This document shows positions 19,242 through 27,446 of a stretch of 32,955 nucleotides of DNA, piece by piece (the first letter of the stretch is position 1; each line of letters starts with the position of its first letter). The notes below the pieces were generated by a model. The model was given only the letters and a program-made list of their open reading frames with translations. It did not search any database and had not been told where the DNA came from. The stretch lies in assembly GCA_964501035.1 (NCBI GenBank), contig CAZCRK010000014.1:1-32955 (forward strand). Direction: 5' to 3'. The translations under genes were made by a program, and so were the position numbers.

Positions 19242-19499
19242 CTAAAATTCTTCAGAAAATGAAGACATAATGCCCTCAGAGCAAAAATGATTTGCCCTAC
19301 ATTCTTCTAATTTTTCCTTTAACGTATTATAATGTTCAATTTCCATGGATGCTAATTTAAGCAAAAACCGTTTCATATCTGGATCAGCAATTCGCTCAGA
19401 TGCTTCCATATAGTAATCGTAGGCGTCTTTTTCCTCTTGAATAGCATACTGAAGTATTTCTTCAATCGTACTAAATTCTGGAATATGAGCATGTGTCAT
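19242..19499 (-). CDS. Short ferritin-like / rubrerythrin-family protein (single helix pair)
   Basis: AIQEEKDAYDYY...LASMEIEH (E...ExxH iron-ligand pattern); strong AGGAGG RBS. Confidence 0.8.
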   Translation of the reverse strand: MTHAHIPEFSTIEEILQYAIQEEKDAYDYYMEASERIADPDMKRFLLKLASMEIEHYNTLKEKLEECRANHFCSEGIMSSFSEEF

Positions 19500-19512
19500 A
19501 ACAACCTCCTAA

Positions 19513-20061
19513 CTAGGATACTGTTTCTAATATTAACTCACCTCCACGAGTTAATGCTTTTTCATTCAACGGAATCATATGGTGATGCCGTTCCGGAAGT
19601 ACTTTTTTTAACGCTTCAAGAATAGATTCAATTTTAATAATGGGATTTGTAGCTAAATATGCTCCCAAAATAATCATATTCATGATTTTTTTGTTTTCAA
19701 ATTTCACAGATTCTGAAAGTGCAGGAATACTATATGTATCAATATCTTCTCGTTTGGGTGGATGAAGAATATTATTTGCTTCAAACAAAATACGTCCATT
19801 CGATTTTGCTGAACTTTCAAATTTATCCATAGATGGTTGATTTAAAATGATTACAGAATCAAATGAGTTTATTATTGGAGAGCTCACTGGTTCATCCGAT
19901 ATAACAACCGTACAGTTTGCTGTTCCACCACGCATCTCAGGACCATAACTTGGCATCCAAACAACTTCTTTTTCTTCAACCATTCCTGCATAAGCTAAGG
20001 TCATCCCCATGGACAATACACCTTGACCCCCAAAACCAGCAATTAATATTTCTTCTGTCAT
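19513..20061 (-). CDS. 2-oxoacid:ferredoxin oxidoreductase gamma subunit
   Basis: IAGFGGQGV, PSYGPEMRGGTANC and NMIILGA motifs. Confidence 0.92.
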   Translation of the reverse strand: MTEEILIAGFGGQGVLSMGMTLAYAGMVEEKEVVWMPSYGPEMRGGTANCTVVISDEPVSSPIINSFDSVIILNQPSMDKFESSAKSNGRILFEANNILHPPKREDIDTYSIPALSESVKFENKKIMNMIILGAYLATNPIIKIESILEALKKVLPERHHHMIPLNEKALTRGGELILETVS

Positions 20062-20063
20062 TT

Positions 20064-20858
20064 TTATCCCTTTCCAGGTACTTTTAAATCGCCTAATTTG
20101 TAGAAGTCAAATATTTCTTCTTCAAGCCATTTGTTAGATTCAAGTGGTGTCATTTTCCATCCAGAAGGGCAGTTTGAAACTACTTCAACAAAACTTGTTC
20201 CACCCTCCCCATTCATTTGATATGTAAATGCTTTCTTCAATGCTTTTTTTAATTTTCTAACTGCCTTTGCAGTTGTAACTGCTTGACGAGTAACATAATG
20301 AGCACCGGGTAAAATCGAAATCATATCTGCAATTTTTAAAGGATGTCCTTGGGATTCAACATCTCGTCCATCAACTGACGTGGAGGTTTTTACTCCGGGG
20401 AGAGTTGTAGGTGCCATTTGTCCGCCAGTCATGCCATAGATACCATTATTGATAAAAATCATGACAATGTTTTCACCCCTATTAATAGTATGGATAGTCT
20501 CGGCTGTTCCTATTGCTGCTAAATCGCCATCACCTTGATAGGTAAAAACTGTTTTTTCAGGCATAACATGTTTGATACCCGTTGCAACTGCTGTAGCACG
20601 TCCGTGTGCTGCTTCTTGCATATCAATATTTAAGTAAAAATATGCCAACACTGAACACCCAACAGGAGCAATTCCTATTGTAGAATCTATCAATCCCAAT
20701 TCTTCGAGAACTTCCATTAAAACTCGATGCACGACAGAATGTCCACATCCAGGACAATAATGCATTGGTTTATCAATTAACGAGTCTGGTCTATCCCAAA
20801 CCTTATCCATTGAATCAAGTAATGCACATTGGACACCCTCAAATCCTACTTCAGTCAT
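20064..20858 (-). CDS. 2-oxoacid:ferredoxin oxidoreductase beta (TPP-binding) subunit
   Basis: HYCPGCGH, PVGCS, HGRA, YQGDGDLAAIG and NNGIYGMTGGQMAPTT motifs. Confidence 0.92.
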   Translation of the reverse strand: MTEVGFEGVQCALLDSMDKVWDRPDSLIDKPMHYCPGCGHSVVHRVLMEVLEELGLIDSTIGIAPVGCSVLAYFYLNIDMQEAAHGRATAVATGIKHVMPEKTVFTYQGDGDLAAIGTAETIHTINRGENIVMIFINNGIYGMTGGQMAPTTLPGVKTSTSVDGRDVESQGHPLKIADMISILPGAHYVTRQAVTTAKAVRKLKKALKKAFTYQMNGEGGTSFVEVVSNCPSGWKMTPLESNKWLEEEIFDFYKLGDLKVPGKG

Positions 20859-21934
20859 TATGAAACCTCCAATTCAGACACATTTTCTTTAATTTTTATC
20901 AATATATCCTCAGGTGAAGGAATTACCCCTCCCATTCGACCATAAAAATCAACAGGAATTTTACCATTTACAGATAATTTTACATCTTCAAGCATTTGCC
21001 CAGCATTCATTTCTACAACCAACATTCTAACGACGTGATCTGCTAATTTATTTAACTCTTTTTCAGGAAATGGGTATAAAGTTTGTGGTCTAAATAATCC
21101 AACATTAATACCGTCTTCTCGTGCTAAATCAACAGCTTTATGAGCAACCCGTGCAGACATTCCAAATGCTACCACAATTATATCTGTATCTTGAGTATGA
21201 ATAGCATCATAACGCACTTCGTTTTCTTCAATCTTTCTATACTTTCGTTGTAGAATATTATTCATTTCTTCCATATCTTCAGCTTGTAAATGAAGCGATG
21301 TAACAACATGCTTTTCTCGCATATTTTTCCGACCAGTAGTAGCCCAAGATGAATGATCCACTTTGTTCGCATCAATATCATAATCTGGAAATTGTACAGC
21401 TTCCATCATTTGACCTAGAGATCCATCAGTAAGTATTAAAACTGGAGTTCTATATTTATCAGCTAAATCAAAACCTAAATAGGTAAAATCAGCCATTTCT
21501 TGGACAGAATTTGGTGCAAGTACAATACATTTATAATCTCCATGACCACCTCCTTTAACAGCCTGAAAGTAATCTCCTTGAGAAGGTTGGATTGTTCCCA
21601 ATCCTGGTCCACCACGCATAACATTTACGAGCAAACAGGGAAGTTCAGCGCATGCGATGTAAGAAATTCCTTCTTGCATCAAACTATACCCTGGACCACT
21701 TGTGCTTGTCATGGTTCTAACACCTGCACCAGCTGCACCATACACCATATTTATGGCAGCCACTTCACTTTCAGCTTGAACAAATGCACCACCCCGTTTT
21801 TCTAAATGTACACCTAAATATTCTAATAATTCTGATTGTGGTGTAATAGGATAACCATAATACCCTTTTAAACCGGCACGTATTGCAGCTTCTGCGAGAG
21901 CTTCATTCCCCTTCATTAATAATTTTGTGCTCAT
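20858..21934 (-). CDS. vorB: 2-oxoacid:ferredoxin oxidoreductase alpha subunit, VorB-like (2-oxoisovalerate type)
   Basis: MKGNEALAEAAIRAG, GYPITPQSE, QAESEVAAINMVYGA, RGGPGLGTIQPSQGDY and GGGHGDY motifs. Confidence 0.85.
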   Translation of the reverse strand: MSTKLLMKGNEALAEAAIRAGLKGYYGYPITPQSELLEYLGVHLEKRGGAFVQAESEVAAINMVYGAAGAGVRTMTSTSGPGYSLMQEGISYIACAELPCLLVNVMRGGPGLGTIQPSQGDYFQAVKGGGHGDYKCIVLAPNSVQEMADFTYLGFDLADKYRTPVLILTDGSLGQMMEAVQFPDYDIDANKVDHSSWATTGRKNMREKHVVTSLHLQAEDMEEMNNILQRKYRKIEENEVRYDAIHTQDTDIIVVAFGMSARVAHKAVDLAREDGINVGLFRPQTLYPFPEKELNKLADHVVRMLVVEMNAGQMLEDVKLSVNGKIPVDFYGRMGGVIPSPEDILIKIKENVSELEVS

Positions 21935-21935
21935 T

Positions 21936-22217
21936 TTAACTCACCTTAATTGAAATATTATCAGATACATTTGAAATAGTTGCAATCGGTTTTTTCTTTT
22001 TACTTTCGCGATAAACCGTAATGATTGCTTCAGGGCAAACTAATGCACAATTTGTACAACCCGTACACGTATCTTCCACCAATACTGCATAATGATACCC
22101 TTTTCCATTGATATTTTCTGACATATCTAATGAATCTTGAGGGCATTCTTCAATACAAAGTTCGCACCCCTTACAATTCTCAATGTTAAATGTTACATGT
22201 CCTTTTAACTTCGCCAT
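21936..22217 (-). CDS. 2x[4Fe-4S] ferredoxin (oxidoreductase delta subunit)
   Basis: CKGCELCIEECP and CTGCTNCALVCP motifs. Confidence 0.92.
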   Translation of the reverse strand: MAKLKGHVTFNIENCKGCELCIEECPQDSLDMSENINGKGYHYAVLVEDTCTGCTNCALVCPEAIITVYRESKKKKPIATISNVSDNISIKVS

Positions 22218-22382
22218 ATTTATGAAATACCTATCCTATTATCTTGTTATAATTTACAAAAATATCGACGTATTTTGTTATAAAAAAAGGAATGTGATAT
22301 GGGGAACTGAAATTAAGAACTACATCAAAAAAACATGTAGCTTAAAAACACCAAATTATAATTAAAGGATCTTTTTACTTAT

Positions 22383-25190
22383 CTAACTAACTATATAATT
22401 CACAATTGAAATTATATCGAGGATATTAATAATGGAATCACCATTCACATCAGAGGCACAAGCTTCAGATGGGTTTGGTTCGTTTACATCCATGATGAAG
22501 TTAATAATTGTTATAATATCTAAAATATTAATAATGGAATCACTATTTACATCCATAACTGTGCATGAAACATCATTTGGTGAATCGGTTGTGAATTTAA
22601 TAGCAAAATTAGATACAATTCCATTGTCCATAGGCCATGAAGCGCCCAATGCAGTTTCTAAATTAAACAAATATTCAACACCTTCATTTTGATCGGGTGA
22701 TTCAATACCAATTGTAGAATAATTTCCATTGGCATCTATATCGTGAATTTCTTTATACTGAAACACAATTTCACCATCACCAGTTGAAGTTGGGTATTGA
22801 GCAGGATCCAATAATATCATTTGAAATGTTTCTTTGATACAATCTGGACAATTTTGATCATCTTCACCATTTGACACATTGTCCCATTCAACAATAAATC
22901 GTCCATTTTCAAAATCATTCCATGCGTATACATTAAACGGTTCAGTACCATCATTATCATCCAAATCATCTAAAAATGGTGCAATCATAGCATTTGGACC
23001 CATTGGGTTTGGAATAGAAAAATTCCAAAAATAATTTATAGGGCAGGTTTCAAAAGAAGCCCAACCATTTGAACATACTGTCATTGTGCTGTAAGTTTCG
23101 CCAAAATATGTAAACTCAAACCCTATTTCTACATCATCAATATGAGTGTCATCGGTTAAGTTTAAATTCGTTCCAATTTCATTTATTTCTACCCAATCAT
23201 AACTTGGTGCTTCGGTATAATCTGAATCAAAACTATCATAAGCCCAATATCCATATTCACTAGGAGGGGTTGGATCTGAATCAGAATAACTACTTTCATT
23301 AGATCCGACAATAATTGTAAAATAATTTTCAAAAATATCTGCATTTTCACAATTGTATTCTATTTCAAAATTTATTATACTTCCAGCAGAAATTGAGTTA
23401 ACAACCGATGCAGATAATACTGAATTTAAACTGCTATAATTAAAAGGTGAAATTGAAACTGTTTGTGGGAATACTGAAACATTTTCTAGTTCACTTCCAT
23501 AGTAATTAATTGAAATTGTAGCATCATCAATTTGATATGGAGAATTATTGATAATGTCTAAACTTAGTTCAAATTCTTGCCCGGGTTCAAGAAATGATTC
23601 ACCTGTATTAATTGTGTGCATTATATCTAAATATGTTTCAATGACAGGGTTAAACACTGACCCATCATCTTCAATAAAAGTTAACTCAATTTTCTTTTGA
23701 TAAAATTGTGCTTTGTTTAAGTACAATTCAAGAGAACTTCCAGCTGATATTCCATCAAAATCAATATATAACATACCTTCAGAGTTTGAAACTCCCTTAC
23801 CGATTAATTCACCATTTACTAATAGTGCTCCAACTACGTCTGACATTGATTCACCATCTTCATTTGTAATTGTTGTTGAAATATACGATTGATGTAAATT
23901 AGTTGAATTTTCGATATCAGAAATTAAGTGTTGAGGTTCTGTTAAAAATACTGGAATACTGGGGTCTCCAATTACACCGTACACATGATGGTAAAACTCG
24001 TCAATTACGGTACCATCTGGGGCTGATAACCCAGCAAACTCATCAATTAATGCATGTTTTCCTGCATGTAAAGCTGGTGCTAATTCAGTTGCATCACCCT
24101 CTAAAAGAGCATCCCACATGACTCCACATATTAAATTATTAAATCGAGTATCTGTATCCAAGTCAGATGGACCCACCATAGCAGCCGCACCTTTTGGGTT
24201 TGTAATCGAGCCTGCAGTCGTCATTGTTTCACCATAACATTTATCAAGACCAGGGCCGCTATAGTTGTTTCCAAAATCACCAGTATTGCAAACAAAACTT
24301 AAAACGATAGGTAGCTTCCAACCATTGTTTAAATCTTCCACATTTTCTCTGTGAAAATAAGGTTTGTGCCAACCATTTGCATCACCCCATCCACGATAAT
24401 TTATTACACCTACCCCGCTTGACCACACACTGGAAAGTAAAGGGTTATATGATCCCTCTTGCCAATTTCCTGCATGAAAAAATACCGTATCAATATTTGA
24501 ATAACCAAAATTTGATAATTCATCATAAAGCCATAATGATGTCCAGACAGGAGTAACTGGCCACTGAGACGGATCAACTTCTGTGCCATCAGCAGTGCTA
24601 TAGTTTCCAGCCGTTAGCAATGCATCGTTCAAATGCGAAACATCATCAATATTATCCATCCGAACATATTGAATACTTCTATTTTTAATTTTTAGAAAAT
24701 CTTGAATACCGCTTATAGACCATCTGCCTAAAAAGAATCGTGGGTTATATACATCATCATTAAAAAAAGTATATGGATAATCGGTTACATCAATATCGTC
24801 TTCATTATATGAATCAACAGTGAATGTTGGAATTTCATAGGCACCATTTACATCACCGACCAAAAGAACATATTCTAACATAGGATTATTATTAGAGTAA
24901 TACTCTAAATATTGTTTGAGGTAATTCGCAGTTCCACCAATTTCATTTAAATAAACTATTTCAACATCATATCCTTGGCTTTTCTTAAAGGACACAAAGT
25001 CACCACCATACGTTTCATTAGTTAGATAAATATCTAAGCTATTATCTGGTAGTACAATCAAGTATGTTCCACGTTGGTAATTAAAATCTCTATCTTCAGT
25101 ATTAAATGTACGTTGAGATATTGGTTTAGTATTATTTGCTATAAGCAAAGAAAATACACTAATTAAAATAATCTTACTAAAAAACTTCAT
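22383..25190 (-). CDS. Secreted C25 (gingipain-like) peptidase-family protein with C-terminal dockerin-like domain
   Basis: Signal peptide; YLIV, KKSQGYDV, EYVLLVGD, TDYPY, LGRWS, INYRGWG, LPIVLSFVCNTGDF and GDPS motifs; C-terminal duplicated DVN.DS.INILDI. Confidence 0.85.
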   Translation of the reverse strand: MKFFSKIILISVFSLLIANNTKPISQRTFNTEDRDFNYQRGTYLIVLPDNSLDIYLTNETYGGDFVSFKKSQGYDVEIVYLNEIGGTANYLKQYLEYYSNNNPMLEYVLLVGDVNGAYEIPTFTVDSYNEDDIDVTDYPYTFFNDDVYNPRFFLGRWSISGIQDFLKIKNRSIQYVRMDNIDDVSHLNDALLTAGNYSTADGTEVDPSQWPVTPVWTSLWLYDELSNFGYSNIDTVFFHAGNWQEGSYNPLLSSVWSSGVGVINYRGWGDANGWHKPYFHRENVEDLNNGWKLPIVLSFVCNTGDFGNNYSGPGLDKCYGETMTTAGSITNPKGAAAMVGPSDLDTDTRFNNLICGVMWDALLEGDATELAPALHAGKHALIDEFAGLSAPDGTVIDEFYHHVYGVIGDPSIPVFLTEPQHLISDIENSTNLHQSYISTTITNEDGESMSDVVGALLVNGELIGKGVSNSEGMLYIDFDGISAGSSLELYLNKAQFYQKKIELTFIEDDGSVFNPVIETYLDIMHTINTGESFLEPGQEFELSLDIINNSPYQIDDATISINYYGSELENVSVFPQTVSISPFNYSSLNSVLSASVVNSISAGSIINFEIEYNCENADIFENYFTIIVGSNESSYSDSDPTPPSEYGYWAYDSFDSDYTEAPSYDWVEINEIGTNLNLTDDTHIDDVEIGFEFTYFGETYSTMTVCSNGWASFETCPINYFWNFSIPNPMGPNAMIAPFLDDLDDNDGTEPFNVYAWNDFENGRFIVEWDNVSNGEDDQNCPDCIKETFQMILLDPAQYPTSTGDGEIVFQYKEIHDIDANGNYSTIGIESPDQNEGVEYLFNLETALGASWPMDNGIVSNFAIKFTTDSPNDVSCTVMDVNSDSIINILDIITIINFIMDVNEPNPSEACASDVNGDSIINILDIISIVNYIVS

Positions 25191-25191
25191 T

Positions 25192-27444
25192 TTACTCCAT
25201 AATTATCAAATTTACTACACTAATTATATCCAAAATATTGATTATACTGTCTTCGATTAAATCAGAAGTACACTGCTCAAATCCATTCAGTTGAACATCA
25301 TCAATTATATGGTTTACAATTTTTAATATATCAAGAACGTTGATTTCGCCATTTCTATCAATATCACCACCTACACATTCACCATCTGGTTCATACAGGA
25401 TGGTCATTTTATCCATTTTTAAACCACGATACCCCAATGTTGCATCTGAATTTAATTTTATATCTAACCAAGATGAATCCAATGAGCTAACTTCAACGGG
25501 AAAACTTTCATTATAATTAATCCATTCATGCCATTTATGGGATGAAAATTCAGCAATATATGTTGTATCATTTAATGAATTCAATATCAACTCAACATTA
25601 TCATTTTCCCATTCTAATTCATACCCTAAGTCAAATTCAAAAACTGTATGCCCTTCCCAATGTTTTACAATTGGAATATCATAAGATAATAAATAGTTCG
25701 CTTCATTATCATACACCAAACTGCTTTGAGAATATAAAACCCCTTCTTCAAACAACCAATCACCCGATTCTACTGTCCAGTTATCTGAAAAATCAAAATT
25801 TTCTTCAATATATACAGCTGACCATTTCATGTTTACATGTATTTCTGTATCCGATTCTAAATTTATACTATCAAAATATGGTAACATGTTCTCTGATTCA
25901 ATGACAAAGTCATAACTTCCAGTTGGTAAAGAAACTTCAAACCCATTTTGGGTTAAATCATAAGTTAACTTATGATTTAAAGTGGTTAACTTTATTGAAT
26001 TTTCACTGTTATATGTTATCGGCAAGCTGACATTTACAGTCAAATTATATTCAGGTAATTTTGTTAAATTAATATCATGCTCTGTTATCGAGCCATTTGA
26101 TGGTACAAATGTATAAGAATATGGCTCATAAACATTTTTAGAATTTATAGTTAAGGTATAGGTTGCATCGTGTAACAATCGACGATAACGACCAAATTCA
26201 TCTGTAGTTCTTTGTGTTAACATGGGACCATTTAACTCTTCAATCACAACTTCAATTCCACTTAGTGGCAACCCTGTTTCAGCATCTGTAATTGTACCAG
26301 TAATTTGATTTTTGTCAGGTCCATCTTGATAATTGGAACCAGCTGCACGTTTCAATAGGTGGAATGCACCCACCAAATTTCGCTCAACAGTATCATCAAT
26401 AACTGCAACATCAATTGCTTGTAAGTTTTCAGTTCCAGTTTCAATTAAATATTGAATACAACCCGTATTAACATATAGCCAATCATGAGCATTCCCTCGT
26501 CTTGATACACTATTTGTTGGCTGATAATTTCCACTTTCTGCTTCCTTGGGAATCAGTTGAGCAATTTCTTCGCCTAATTGTGCAATTACCGGATAATCTG
26601 GTGATGGTTTATCACCATCCCACAACCAAGGATAAATAACTTTTTCAGACACACAACCTGACCGTGAACTATGATATGCGATTGATAATAAGAAATTTTG
26701 GTCTAACACAAAATCTTTAATTGCTGCCGTTTCAGTTTCAGAAAAAGCGTATTCACCACGATAGTAGTCATAATTTGCAATATATGATGGGTTTCCAGAA
26801 CAACCACCATCCGTTTGTCCTTCAGCATCTCCAAAAATCCAATTGAAATCATAGTTTCGATTCAAATCAACCCCATCTAAATCATTTCCAATTCCAACTA
26901 CATAATCAAAAATTCCATTTTCATTGACATCACGTTTATTTTTTCGGTATGCTGTATCGTGGAGTAACTCCTCATGATCATAATACCCATGTACCATTCT
27001 CAAGCCTTCAGGATTATATGTTGGAATTACCCATATTTCGGTATTTTCCATAAAGGCTTTTAGATTAAAGTAGCTTGTAGGGAACTCAACAGGGTGCAAT
27101 AAACGATAAATTAATTCCATCGCTATTTCAACACCATAAATCTCCTCAGCATGACATTGACCTAAAATCAAAACTCTTGGTTGATCTTCTTTGACATCGG
27201 CATTAAATGATAATCGTACACCATAAAATGGAAGATGATCATGCGTTGATACACCTATTTCTTCCATATGATAAATAATACCACTTTCAGGATAATATGT
27301 TGGATAGGGTTCGAAATTACTTCCAAACTCTTCATCCCATGCTTCAAGTTGAGCTTGAATTTCTTCATATGTATGATACCTATCCGGAAGCTCTACTTGC
27401 CCCCAGAGAACCATAAAAAATAGTATGAAAATAACGAAACGCAT
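25192..27444 (-). CDS. Secreted M14 zinc carboxypeptidase with carboxypeptidase-regulatory-like domain and C-terminal dockerin-like domain
   Basis: HAEE (HxxE) zinc motif, RKN, GVDLNRNY, AYHS, IETG (catalytic Glu); ITGTITDAETGLPL; C-terminal GDIDRNGEINVLDI...DLIEDSIINILDI. Confidence 0.9.
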   Translation of the reverse strand: MRFVIFILFFMVLWGQVELPDRYHTYEEIQAQLEAWDEEFGSNFEPYPTYYPESGIIYHMEEIGVSTHDHLPFYGVRLSFNADVKEDQPRVLILGQCHAEEIYGVEIAMELIYRLLHPVEFPTSYFNLKAFMENTEIWVIPTYNPEGLRMVHGYYDHEELLHDTAYRKNKRDVNENGIFDYVVGIGNDLDGVDLNRNYDFNWIFGDAEGQTDGGCSGNPSYIANYDYYRGEYAFSETETAAIKDFVLDQNFLLSIAYHSSRSGCVSEKVIYPWLWDGDKPSPDYPVIAQLGEEIAQLIPKEAESGNYQPTNSVSRRGNAHDWLYVNTGCIQYLIETGTENLQAIDVAVIDDTVERNLVGAFHLLKRAAGSNYQDGPDKNQITGTITDAETGLPLSGIEVVIEELNGPMLTQRTTDEFGRYRRLLHDATYTLTINSKNVYEPYSYTFVPSNGSITEHDINLTKLPEYNLTVNVSLPITYNSENSIKLTTLNHKLTYDLTQNGFEVSLPTGSYDFVIESENMLPYFDSINLESDTEIHVNMKWSAVYIEENFDFSDNWTVESGDWLFEEGVLYSQSSLVYDNEANYLLSYDIPIVKHWEGHTVFEFDLGYELEWENDNVELILNSLNDTTYIAEFSSHKWHEWINYNESFPVEVSSLDSSWLDIKLNSDATLGYRGLKMDKMTILYEPDGECVGGDIDRNGEINVLDILKIVNHIIDDVQLNGFEQCTSDLIEDSIINILDIISVVNLIIME

Positions 27445-27446
27445 AT

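Noticed and set aside
19242..19244. Pyrrolysine decoding of the TAG
   Set aside because: No pyl genes are in the window and there is no catalytic rationale; TAG is a normal stop elsewhere here. Readthrough is kept only as one hypothesis.
22244..22259. TTGTTATAATTTACAA upstream of the oxidoreductase operon as a Rex operator
   Set aside because: It spans 16 bp (TTGT-N8-ACAA) rather than the 18-bp Rex spacing, and the AT-rich context makes it weak.
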